A stretch of DNA of 64,000 nucleotides from Methylococcaceae bacterium TMED69 (GTDB lineage Bacteria; Pseudomonadota; Gammaproteobacteria; Ga0077536). The notes below the pieces were generated by a model, which made no database searches, was not told the origin of the DNA, and worked only from the letters and a program-made list of their open reading frames with translations. Position 1 is the first letter of the stretch. Each line of letters starts with the position of its first letter. The stretch is taken from assembly GCA_002170535.1 (NCBI GenBank), contig NHDW01000001.1, positions 59,899-123,898 on the forward strand, given 5' to 3'. Positions 46,160-55,414 of the stretch are shown here, one piece after another. A program made the position numbers and the translations under genes.

Positions 46160-49100
46160 GTGATTACTAAAAAATCCTCAAATAATAAATGGCAATTTTG
46201 GATTGATAGGGGAGGTACATTCACAGACGTTATAGGCGTTTCCCCCGATGACGTTATCCACGTAAAAAAAATCCTCACTGCTCATAAAAATGAATCCTTC
46301 AAGATAATCCTTGAGCATATTTATTCAATTATCCGGTCGACTGATGCTGATGGGCATGTTGATGAAAGTATAGGTGAGATTAAACTTGGTACAACCCTGG
46401 GAACTAATGCTTTATTAGAAAAAAAAGGCGCTAAAACTGTTTTGGTGGTCACAAAAGGTTATAAAGATCTGCTGTCGATAGGACATCAGAACAGAGAATT
46501 GCTGTTCTCATTTAACATAAGGAAAGAAAGTACGTTTTGGGAAAGTGCCGTAGAGGTTGGAGGTAGGATAAGTGCTAGTGGCAAAATTCTTGATAGACTA
46601 GATGAAAATGATGTAGTAAACGTGCTTAAGACCCGCAAAATAAATTCTTTCGACGCTGTCGCGGTCGCTTTGATTAATAGCCATATAAATCCAGCGCATG
46701 AAAATCTTGTTGCTAAGAAATTACAAGATTTGGGTATAGATAATCTCGCTATCTCACATCAAAGCAGCTCAATGTTAGGGTATGTTGATCGTGCAAACAC
46801 CGCTGTCGTTGACGCTTATTTAAAACCACTACTAGAAAAATATGTAGCGGGCATAAAAAAAGAGATAGGTAAAGTAAATTTTCTAATCATGCAATCTCAT
46901 GGTGGACTGGCCGAAGCGGAGAATTTTCAGGGCAGGAATTCCATTTTATCAGGACCTGCCGGCGGAGTGATAGGAGCAGTTAAAACCGCAAGAAATAGAG
47001 GTTTTGATAAAATTATCTGTTTTGATATGGGGGGCACCTCGACCGATGTGGCTCATTATCATGATAACTACGAGTACAGAAGTCAAAGTAAAATTGAAAG
47101 CATCACAATTAACAGTAATTCAATGGACATCCATACGGTGGCCGCAGGAGGAGGTTCTATCGTTGATTTTGACGGCATTAGGTACAAAGTGGGCCCGGAA
47201 TCAGGGGGCTCATATCCTGGTCCTGCCTGTTACGGGAATGGCGGCCCGGTTACAGTCACAGACTGTAACGTTCTGATTGGTATAATCAGACCAGAATATT
47301 TTCCAACTCTGTTCGGTAAAAATAAAAATTCGCCCATAGACAGAGATTTAGTTGTTTCAATATTTGAAAAAATAAAGGATGATTCAAAAAATAAGCTAAA
47401 GGAAGATATGACTATTTACCAAATCGCAGAGGGTTTTTTAGAATTAGCTGTAAAAAAAATGGCCAATGCAATAAAAAAAATATCAATTGATAAAGGTCAT
47501 GATATAAAAAACTATGTTTTAAATTGCTATGGAGGTGCAGCTGCGCAACACTGCTGTGCAGTTGCAGATTCTCTAAGCATTAAAGAAATTTTCATTTCAA
47601 ATAATGCCAGCGTCTTATCTGCTCTTGGGATCGGTCTCTCAGATAGACAAATAATTATTGAAAAATCAATAAACAAAATTCTTTGCGACTCAATTGTTAA
47701 AGAATTGCCAATTTTTGCTGAACGAATAATTAAAGATTCGAAATTAAATTTTAAAAGACAAGAATTAGTAACAAGTGAAATTTTTCTTAAATTAAAGTTT
47801 GAGGACACCTCGGATACTTTTTTAATTCCTTTGAGCGATAGTAACAGTATGAGAGATCAATTTATGCAGTCTTTTAAAAAAAGCTATGGTTTTCTAGAGC
47901 AAAATAAAAACCTTTTTGTTGAGTCAATTTTGGTTAAGACAATAGAAGCATCAAAAATTAATCTTAATGCCTTAAGTTCCAATTCTTCAGAACATGTAAA
48001 TACAAATAAAACTGCACTAGAAAAAAAGGTTTTTGAGGATGGTCAATGGAAAGATATACCTTTCTATCAGCTCGAGGAGCTCTCAAGCCAAAAATCAATA
48101 ATTGGTCCCGCAGTCATAATATCACCAAACAATACGGTATTAATAAAGACAGGTTGGACGTGTGATTGCTACGATAATCATGATTTATTATTGAGAAAAT
48201 TAAATCCTTCAGAGAAAAACAATCTTTTAATTAAATCACAGAATACAAAAATTGCCATGGAGGTAGCAATCTTTGGAAATCAAATAGTCTCTGTTGCGGA
48301 ACAGATGGGAAGTGCTCTTAAAAAGACTGCTACTTCTATCAACATAAAAGAGCGTTTGGACTATTCTTGTGCGATCTTCGATAGTGAAGGGTCATTATTG
48401 GCAAGTGCGCCACATATTCCTGTACATCTGGGCTCTATGAGCGATTGCGTAAAAACGTTAATTGAGAAGATGTCGGGCTCTTTAAAATCAGGTCAAACAT
48501 ATGTTACAAATGATCCGTTTAGAGGGGGAACACACTTACCAGATATTACATGTATTAGTCCAGTTTTTGCTTCTGAAAACCATAGAGCCCCCGTTTTTTT
48601 TGTGGCTTCTCGTGGTCATCACGCTGATATTGGAGGGATAACTCCAGGCTCTATGCCAGCTGAAAGCTTAAATATTCAACAAGAGGGAATACTCTTTAAG
48701 CTGATGATGGCAGTAAAAGATAATGTTTTTAGAGAAAAAGAAATTACCCGTATTCTTTTAGATAGTAATTATCCGGCTAGGAATATTGCCCATAATATTG
48801 CTGACCTAAAGGCGCAAATTGCGGCAAACCAGACAGGGATAAATGAGCTTCAAACTAAATTAATCGAGTTTGGTGAGGCTTCAGTTACTGACCTGTCGAA
48901 ACGTCTTTTAAATCAAGGCGAGCAGTTTGTGAGAAAGATTATACCTGACTTAAATTCAGGTACCTTTGAAGCTTGCCTTGATGAGGGGCAGAAGATTTCT
49001 GTCGATGTGCGCGTGAATAAAAATCAAAAAGAAATAACATTTGATTTCGAAAATACAAATGGGCAGCTTAAAACTAATTTTAACGCGCCTAAATCGATTA

Positions 49101-49792
49101 CTAAGGCGTGTATTATTTACGTTTTACGTTCGCTTATTTGTGATAAAGAAATACCATTAAATGATGGGTGTTTGATTCCAGTCAAATTAAAGATACCTAA
49201 AAAAAGTCTATTAGATCCAAGCTATCCCGCTGCAGTTGTCGCTGGTAATGTTGAAATTAGCCAAAAAATTGTCGATGTTATTTTAGCCGCTCTTGGAATC
49301 CAAGCATTTTCCCAGGGAACGATGAATAATTTATCTTTTGGAAACTCCCGTTTTCAATATTACGAAACAATTTCCGGCGGTTCGGGAGCGGGAAAAAATT
49401 ACGATGGCTCTAGCGCAAGACAAACACATATGACTAATTCACGAATTACAGATCCTGAGGTGATGGAACATCATTTCCCCGTTTTACTGGAGGAATTTTC
49501 AATAAGACAAAATAGCGGAGGAAAAGGTCAATATAATGGAGGAGACGGGGTGTGTAGAAAAATTAAATTTTTTGAGTCAGTTTCTTTATCGATATTATCG
49601 AGTAGTAGGGTATTTCGACCTACCGGATTAGATGGCGGATTGCAAGGATTAGCGGGTAGGAACTTTCATATTGATGAGGCTGGGTGTCATCATGAGTTGC
49701 CAGGATGTGCTCAAATAGAAATTAAGCCCGGTGAATCTATTTTAATTCACACGCCAGGTGGTGGAGGTTTTGGTGAGCCGTCTTTTGATTGA
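46160..49792 (+). CDS. fused hydantoinase/oxoprolinase A+B protein (5-oxoprolinase (ATP-hydrolysing)-like, eukaryote-type single-chain architecture)
   Basis: 1210 aa. The N-terminus (WQFWIDRGGTFTDV) parallels animal OPLAH (FHFAIDRGGTFTDV). It has the DMGGTSTDV motif, and its C-terminal half is HyuB-like. GTG start. Confidence 0.8.
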   Translation: MITKKSSNNKWQFWIDRGGTFTDVIGVSPDDVIHVKKILTAHKNESFKIILEHIYSIIRSTDADGHVDESIGEIKLGTTLGTNALLEKKGAKTVLVVTKGYKDLLSIGHQNRELLFSFNIRKESTFWESAVEVGGRISASGKILDRLDENDVVNVLKTRKINSFDAVAVALINSHINPAHENLVAKKLQDLGIDNLAISHQSSSMLGYVDRANTAVVDAYLKPLLEKYVAGIKKEIGKVNFLIMQSHGGLAEAENFQGRNSILSGPAGGVIGAVKTARNRGFDKIICFDMGGTSTDVAHYHDNYEYRSQSKIESITINSNSMDIHTVAAGGGSIVDFDGIRYKVGPESGGSYPGPACYGNGGPVTVTDCNVLIGIIRPEYFPTLFGKNKNSPIDRDLVVSIFEKIKDDSKNKLKEDMTIYQIAEGFLELAVKKMANAIKKISIDKGHDIKNYVLNCYGGAAAQHCCAVADSLSIKEIFISNNASVLSALGIGLSDRQIIIEKSINKILCDSIVKELPIFAERIIKDSKLNFKRQELVTSEIFLKLKFEDTSDTFLIPLSDSNSMRDQFMQSFKKSYGFLEQNKNLFVESILVKTIEASKINLNALSSNSSEHVNTNKTALEKKVFEDGQWKDIPFYQLEELSSQKSIIGPAVIISPNNTVLIKTGWTCDCYDNHDLLLRKLNPSEKNNLLIKSQNTKIAMEVAIFGNQIVSVAEQMGSALKKTATSINIKERLDYSCAIFDSEGSLLASAPHIPVHLGSMSDCVKTLIEKMSGSLKSGQTYVTNDPFRGGTHLPDITCISPVFASENHRAPVFFVASRGHHADIGGITPGSMPAESLNIQQEGILFKLMMAVKDNVFREKEITRILLDSNYPARNIAHNIADLKAQIAANQTGINELQTKLIEFGEASVTDLSKRLLNQGEQFVRKIIPDLNSGTFEACLDEGQKISVDVRVNKNQKEITFDFENTNGQLKTNFNAPKSITKACIIYVLRSLICDKEIPLNDGCLIPVKLKIPKKSLLDPSYPAAVVAGNVEISQKIVDVILAALGIQAFSQGTMNNLSFGNSRFQYYETISGGSGAGKNYDGSSARQTHMTNSRITDPEVMEHHFPVLLEEFSIRQNSGGKGQYNGGDGVCRKIKFFESVSLSILSSSRVFRPTGLDGGLQGLAGRNFHIDEAGCHHELPGCAQIEIKPGESILIHTPGGGGFGEPSFD

Positions 49793-50220
49793 GCTAATAT
49801 CATCTCCTCGAAATGTTGCATAGTTAAAGTATCAAGCACATTAGAGTGCTCATCAAGAAATTCAACAAACCGATCATTTTTAGACTTATAGTTTACGTAA
49901 ATCAAACTATTTTTTGTGAACTCTTCGTCGTGAGTATCATTGCTAGCTTGAAAGCAATAATCTCCTTGTTCAAAAGTCTCTTTTATGCTGTGGTTGATTA
50001 TTTTTCCTGAGATAACATAAATTCTTGTCTCACAAGTGTGACGATGGGGGCCTGATCTATAACCTGCTTTTATTTTAAAAAGTAATTCCACAGTTTTGTC
50101 GGACCGGTTCAGTGATAAGACTTTTGCCTTGATTTTTTCTTCGCTGTCTATAGCTAACCAGGGAATCTGGCTCGTTTTCCTGTTATTAAATTGTGTATTC
50201 ATATAGCGTTTAACTAACAA
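49747..50220 (-). CDS. cupin-domain protein
   Basis: G-x5-H-x-H cupin motif 1 (GPHRHTCETRIYVISG). 157 aa. Its 3' end overlaps the convergent oxoprolinase gene by 45 nt. Confidence 0.5.
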   Translation of the reverse strand: MLVKRYMNTQFNNRKTSQIPWLAIDSEEKIKAKVLSLNRSDKTVELLFKIKAGYRSGPHRHTCETRIYVISGKIINHSIKETFEQGDYCFQASNDTHDEEFTKNSLIYVNYKSKNDRFVEFLDEHSNVLDTLTMQHFEEMILAQSKDGSPKPPPPGV

Positions 50221-50463
50221 TTAAGTTTATTTATCGTATCATACTCTGGATAATAACTAATTTGATTTTTAAAAAAGGAAGGTTTTTTGGTTTCTCTTTG
50301 GCGAATGTGTTTGAAAACGCGACGTCTTTAGGGTGGTTGATTACAACCTATAGATAAAAATTTTAAAAATATTTGGCATTTTCGTGCTCTCTCGGTGAAA
50401 ATAAAGAATCGTGTAGGGATATTTGCGTGGATTTAATTACAGATCAACAGAATGGAGTGAAAA

Positions 50464-51897
50464 ATGGGAGATTTGAGACACAATAGTTTTAAAACTATGA
50501 TGAATGATGTTGTCGATTTTGGTAGCTGCTGTGAATGTGGCAGTTGTGTGGCAGCTTGTCCTCATAACGTAATAGAAATGGTCGAGGGAAAGCCAAAACA
50601 AACAGCAAAAGCATCGGCTCCATCTGACTTTTGTGGCGTAAGTGAGGGTGCAGGTTGCGATGTTTGCGCGACAGTGTGCCCGAGACTATGGCCTAGGGAG
50701 ACCCATTTGAGACAAGCAGTTTTTTCAAATGACAGGAAGGAATCATGGGAAGGCGTCTTTGGGGTTTTTCGTAATATCTTTGTAGCTAAATCGAAAGACC
50801 CTATAATATCAGAAAATGGACAGGATGGAGGCGTTGTCACAGCGCTGTTGGATTGGGCATATGAGACCGGTAACATAGATGGCGCGATAGTATCGGCGGT
50901 TGGTGAAGACGATCAACCATGCTTTCCTACGCCTAAGGTCGCGAAGGATAAAGAGTCAATTCGAAATAGCTCAGGTAGCTGGTATACCTATTGCCCGAAT
51001 AATCTAGCGTTAGAGCAAGCCGCTGAAGAGGATCTCAAATCGTTGGGGTTCGTGGGAGTACCGTGTCAAATCACTCCTTTAAGGAAAATGGAAAAAATGG
51101 ACCCTAGTTTTCTCGTCTCTGAAAAAAAGAAACCAAAAATTGTTGGAAGACAACGTGAATTCTTGAGAGGAATGAGTGATAGGGTAAATTTTAGTATAGG
51201 ACTGTTTTGCACTGAAGTATTCCGGCCCGAACTCATGACGGAAAAAATTGAAAAAGAAATGGGAATCCCCCTTTCCGATGTTAAGCAATTCAACGTAAAA
51301 GGTGAGGTTCTCATTTATAAAAAAAACGGAGACGTTGCTACCATACCGCTTGCGGAGGCCATGGAACAATACCAAAGACCTGAATGTGCTCATTGTGGCG
51401 ACTTTTCCGCAGAACTGGCTGATATAGCATGCGGTGGTGTTGGTACTGAGCGCGCAACGATTGTTGTCATTAGGACCGAAAAAGGCGAGAAGATTTGGAA
51501 ACAGTTCGAAGCCTCGGGTCGAGTATCCGTTGAACCGATTGAAGAAAATAAAAGAGCTTGGAATATTCTCTACAGGTTGTCGAAACGTCAGAGAGCTAGG
51601 GTGCCCGAAGGTCCAGAGAGAGGTGGCGTCCAAAGCCATGAGGAATATGATCCATGGGGTGATAACGATTTGATTGAAAAAAAGCTTGCTGCCGGAAAGA
51701 AATCTGATGAGGAAAAAATGGCATGTTTAGATACCGCTTTTGCGGGAGAGCCTCGTCCGAGTCAATCAATTGAATTTATAGCTGGAAGCCCAATTCCAAA
51801 TGACCAACCCCTTAGCGAAGACGGCAAGAAAAAAAGACCTTTGCCTTTACCAAAAGAATTAGGCGGTCATTCTCCATTATTTGATCAAGGTAAATGA
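50464..51897 (+). CDS. coenzyme F420 hydrogenase/dehydrogenase beta-subunit-family flavoprotein (FrhB/FdhB-like) with an N-terminal 2x[4Fe-4S] ferredoxin domain and a roughly 100-aa low-complexity C-terminal tail
   Basis: Two C-x2-C-x2-C-x3-CP motifs (CECGSCVAACP, CDVCATVCP). The FrhB-like core includes ISENGQDGGVVTALLDWAYETGNIDGAIV. The tail is rich in K, E, D and P. Confidence 0.7.
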   Translation: MGDLRHNSFKTMMNDVVDFGSCCECGSCVAACPHNVIEMVEGKPKQTAKASAPSDFCGVSEGAGCDVCATVCPRLWPRETHLRQAVFSNDRKESWEGVFGVFRNIFVAKSKDPIISENGQDGGVVTALLDWAYETGNIDGAIVSAVGEDDQPCFPTPKVAKDKESIRNSSGSWYTYCPNNLALEQAAEEDLKSLGFVGVPCQITPLRKMEKMDPSFLVSEKKKPKIVGRQREFLRGMSDRVNFSIGLFCTEVFRPELMTEKIEKEMGIPLSDVKQFNVKGEVLIYKKNGDVATIPLAEAMEQYQRPECAHCGDFSAELADIACGGVGTERATIVVIRTEKGEKIWKQFEASGRVSVEPIEENKRAWNILYRLSKRQRARVPEGPERGGVQSHEEYDPWGDNDLIEKKLAAGKKSDEEKMACLDTAFAGEPRPSQSIEFIAGSPIPNDQPLSEDGKKKRPLPLPKELGGHSPLFDQGK

Positions 51898-52010
51898 ATG
51901 AGTTGACACAATTTGACGAAAAACTGATAATTAACTGTTTATAATACTTTAATTAATTTCACTCGTATTACATGTAAATTAATTTAATCATATACATCAG
52001 GAGCAAAAAG

Positions 52011-52427
52011 ATGTCATTAAAAGGGAGCAAAACAGAGGAAAACCTCAAAGCCGCATTTGCGGGTGAGTCGCAAGCAAATAGACGTTATCTCTACTTCGCA
52101 CAAAAGGCAGATGTAGAGGGATACAATGATGTTTCGACTGTATTTAGGTCAACAGCGGAAGGCGAGACCGGTCATGCCCACGGCCACCTAGAATATTTAG
52201 AAGCAGTTGGAGATCCTGCTACAGGAGAACCAATAGGTACTACGGAGCAGAACTTAAAAGCTGCAATAGCCGGTGAAACCCACGAATATACCGATATGTA
52301 TCCTGGTATGGCGAAGGCTGCTAAAGAAGAAGGTTTTGACGAAATCGCTGATTGGTTCGAGACTCTCGCAAAAGCTGAGCGTTCTCACGCCAACAGATTC
52401 CAAAAAGCCTTAGATTCTATATCTTAA
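52011..52427 (+). CDS. rubrerythrin-family diiron protein without a rubredoxin domain (erythrin-like)
   Basis: Two E-x2-H diiron motifs ([10 protein letters not shown] and ERSHANRF) plus conserved Glu residues ([11 protein letters not shown] and ETHEYTDMY). 138 aa. Confidence 0.8.
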   Translation: MSLKGSKTEENLKAAFAGESQANRRYLYFAQKADVEGYNDVSTVFRSTAEGETGHAHGHLEYLEAVGDPATGEPIGTTEQNLKAAIAGETHEYTDMYPGMAKAAKEEGFDEIADWFETLAKAERSHANRFQKALDSIS

Positions 52428-52486
52428 AATAATCGAGCTTAGGGTAGGTTTTCTTTTAGAAGCCTACCCTTCTCTTCGCTTGTCTT

Positions 52487-53830
52487 ATGTCATACAAATC
52501 TTTAAAAGAGGGTAGCCTAGATGCGCCCACAAGACACGCCATCGATTGGAAATCAGATGATTTTTATGATGAGGACAGGATCAATTCTGAGTTAGAGAGA
52601 GTATTCGATATTTGCCATACTTGCCGTCGATGTGTGAGTCTCTGTAATTCCTTTCCCTCGCTATTTGACTTAATAGACGAAAGCGAGACCATGGAAGTTG
52701 ATGGTGTTTCAAAAGCAGACTACAAAAAAGTAGTTGATGAATGTTATCTTTGTGATATTTGTTATTTAACCAAATGCCCTTATGTCCCTCCGCACGAATG
52801 GAACGTAGACTTCCCTCATCTTATGTTAAGAGCGAAAGCAGCTAGTTTTAGAAAAGGTGAGACAAGCTTGCGAGACAAGATAATTACGTCTACTAAAGTA
52901 GTGGGAAACTTAGCAGGACTGCCGGTAGTCGCGCCAATCGTTAATGTTTTAAATAAAAATTCCGTAACAAGAAACGTTTTGGAGAAAACTTTAGGTATTC
53001 ATAAAGAAGCTCCACTACCCAAATATCATTCAAATAAATTTTTAAAACAAAAAGGTTTAACGAAAAACCCAAATCTCGATAGAACTTCTCAAGATGAAAA
53101 AATAGCAGTTTTTGTAACGTGTTATGGGAACGTAAATTCTCCGCGTTTAGTTGAGGATATGGTGTCAGTTTTTGAACTCAGTGGCCTTAGCGTTTCAATA
53201 ATTAATAGTAATGAATGTTGTGGAATGCCGAAATATGAGTTGGGGGATTTACCTTCGGTAGCAGAATTTGCCGAACGCAACCTAAAGAAAATGAAACCTT
53301 TCATTGAAGCCGATTATAAGATAACCGCGCCAATACCCAGTTGTGTATTGATGTACAGGAAAGAATTGCCCTTAATGTTCCCCGACGACGAGAATATTAA
53401 AAACCTATCAGAAGCAATGGTTGATCCTTTTGAGTTGCTAATGAACCTACATAAACAAGGAAAATTTAATACAAACTTTATTAACCAATTGGGAAACGTC
53501 GCTTACCATGCGCCTTGCCATCAGAGGGTGCAGAATATTGGCCCAAAAACCAAAGAAGTTTTGGAGTTGATCCCTGGTACGAAAGTTTCACTTATCGAAC
53601 GATGTTCAGGGCATGATGGCACTTACGCTGTGAAAAAGGAAAGCTATCCTAGCGCTAAAAAAATATGTCGGCCAGTGGTTTCCGCAATCGATAAAAGTGA
53701 AACCGACCATTTTGTAAGTGATTGTCCTATGGCCTTTGATCTAATAGAACAAGGAACTCGTAAAAAGTCTGAATTCTCGTCAGCATTTGGCGTTTTAAGA
53801 TATGCTTATGGAGTGCAAAATGAAAAATAA
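52487..53830 (+). CDS. (Fe-S)-binding oxidoreductase with two ferredoxin-type clusters and two CCG domains (HdrD/GlpC/GlcF-like)
   Basis: CHTCRRCVSLC and CYLCDICYLTKCPY (4Fe-4S motifs). Cys-rich CCG motifs CCGMP and CHQRV...C. Confidence 0.75.
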   Translation: MSYKSLKEGSLDAPTRHAIDWKSDDFYDEDRINSELERVFDICHTCRRCVSLCNSFPSLFDLIDESETMEVDGVSKADYKKVVDECYLCDICYLTKCPYVPPHEWNVDFPHLMLRAKAASFRKGETSLRDKIITSTKVVGNLAGLPVVAPIVNVLNKNSVTRNVLEKTLGIHKEAPLPKYHSNKFLKQKGLTKNPNLDRTSQDEKIAVFVTCYGNVNSPRLVEDMVSVFELSGLSVSIINSNECCGMPKYELGDLPSVAEFAERNLKKMKPFIEADYKITAPIPSCVLMYRKELPLMFPDDENIKNLSEAMVDPFELLMNLHKQGKFNTNFINQLGNVAYHAPCHQRVQNIGPKTKEVLELIPGTKVSLIERCSGHDGTYAVKKESYPSAKKICRPVVSAIDKSETDHFVSDCPMAFDLIEQGTRKKSEFSSAFGVLRYAYGVQNEK

Positions 53831-54410
53831 TAAACTTGAAATTCAGGACCTGCAAAGTTTAGAAGATTATGCGAGTTGCCGGACTGAGTTTCGTAAAAAC
53901 GTACTAGAACACAAAAAAGCAAGGCGGGTCGATCTAGGGGATCATATCTCATTGTATTTTGAAAGTGCTCTTACTATTCAATACCAAATACAGGAGATGT
54001 TGAGGATAGAAAAAATTTTTGAAAAAGATGCTATTCGAGAAGAATTCGATGCTTACATTCCGTTGATCCCTGATCAGTTTAATCTGAAAGCCACGATGAT
54101 GATTGAGTATGTCGATGAAGAAATCCGGAAAACAGAGCTTGTAAAATTAAATGGGATCGAGTCAAGGATTTGGATGCAGTGCGGTCCTAACCACCCTATT
54201 TATGCTATCGCAGATGAGGATTTGGAACGTAGTGATGGTACAAAAACGTCAGCTGTTCACTTTCTAAGATTTAATGTTTCTAAAGAAGCTAGACGATCTA
54301 TATTAGGGAGGGAACAAGTTTTGTTTGGTATTGACCATCCAAATTATCAAGTGCAACAAGTCACCGTGTCTAGTAGTACTATTACTTCACTTGGGGACGA
54401 TCTCAGATAG
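53820..54410 (+). CDS. DUF3501-family protein
   Basis: About 196 aa. The ATG at 53820 has a GGAG ribosome-binding site 7 nt upstream and overlaps the previous stop by 11 nt (the track ORF starts at 53802). The family call is from memory of DUF3501 being a conserved neighbour of rubrerythrin and CCG-protein genes. Confidence 0.45.
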   Translation: MKNNKLEIQDLQSLEDYASCRTEFRKNVLEHKKARRVDLGDHISLYFESALTIQYQIQEMLRIEKIFEKDAIREEFDAYIPLIPDQFNLKATMMIEYVDEEIRKTELVKLNGIESRIWMQCGPNHPIYAIADEDLERSDGTKTSAVHFLRFNVSKEARRSILGREQVLFGIDHPNYQVQQVTVSSSTITSLGDDLR

Positions 54411-54415
54411 TTTGT

Positions 54416-55414
54416 TTACTTAACTTTCTTAGATTGGTACTTCTTCAAACTATCTAAAGTTTGTGAGAGCATGGTAGGAAAATCCCTCAACTTGACTCCG
54501 AGACTGTCCCGCCTTGCGAAATCAAATGCCGTAGGCTTAGCTGATTTAGTGTCTAGGTATTTAGGCGTGATCATATCGGGTATTTGTCTTTCACACTCTT
54601 TGTAAATGTCCTCCCAATGCAAGCTTTCATAGACCCCAAAAAATCTTCCTTCGCAAGAATCGCATTCAAAAGCGTTTAAGAATAATTCCGCGAGGTCTTC
54701 GGTATGTATCATTGATATCGAGTCATCCGGACATATTGCATGTCTTGGTTCACCGCCGTTCAATAGTCTATCTAACCAAGCATAAGGATTATGTCTTAGA
54801 TGACCGGGTATTAAGAGTTCCCCGTAGAGCCCCGTGGGTAGTAAGATACATAATCTGATATTATTTTCTTCGCAAAATTTTATTGCCCGTTTTTCCATTA
54901 CGGTCTTAGCAGCGGATGTAAATTTCTTATTTTTTATTTGTGTTGACTCGTCAGACCAATGATCAATTTCATTCTTTTCTTCTATATGGATATTAGGGTT
55001 GGTACTCGCAGTTGATGAACAAATCAAAACGTTCCTGATTTTGTTTCGTTTTGCAGAATGTAAAATATTTAAGCATCCTTCGACTGTCGGAGCCAGTATT
55101 TTACTTCTTCCCTCTTCCTCGGAAAGTTGATTTGCTGGTATACCTTCAGTAGATTTATAAATGGGAATTAGACAGCAAATAAATAGCGCGTCAACGTCAG
55201 CTAGTGCCTCGTCAAATGTCTCGCTATTATTCATATTTGCACTGAAGAGAGTCAAATTTTGACTGTTAGGAAAATTTTTAATGTATTTTATCTTGTCTTC
55301 ATCAGAGGCGTTCCTTGCAGTACCATTAACTAAATATCCTTTAGAAAGCGCTTTTTTCGCCAAGTTCGCTCCAACTAGTCCTGTCACTCCTACTATGCAA
55401 ATTTTTTTCGTCAT
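54416..55414 (-). CDS. NAD(P)-dependent epimerase/dehydratase-family (extended SDR) reductase
   Basis: N-terminal ICIVGVTGLVGANL Rossmann motif and a Y-x3-K region. 332 aa. Confidence 0.7.
   Translation of the reverse strand: MTKKICIVGVTGLVGANLAKKALSKGYLVNGTARNASDEDKIKYIKNFPNSQNLTLFSANMNNSETFDEALADVDALFICCLIPIYKSTEGIPANQLSEEEGRSKILAPTVEGCLNILHSAKRNKIRNVLICSSTASTNPNIHIEEKNEIDHWSDESTQIKNKKFTSAAKTVMEKRAIKFCEENNIRLCILLPTGLYGELLIPGHLRHNPYAWLDRLLNGGEPRHAICPDDSISMIHTEDLAELFLNAFECDSCEGRFFGVYESLHWEDIYKECERQIPDMITPKYLDTKSAKPTAFDFARRDSLGVKLRDFPTMLSQTLDSLKKYQSKKVK

Noticed and set aside
51903-51945. TTGACA at 51903 and TATAAT at 51940 upstream of the rubrerythrin gene, which looked like a sigma70 promoter.
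   Set aside because: The spacing between the hexamers is 31 bp, or 21 bp using the alternative TTGACG. Neither is compatible with the 16-18-bp spacer, so it is not reported as a promoter.
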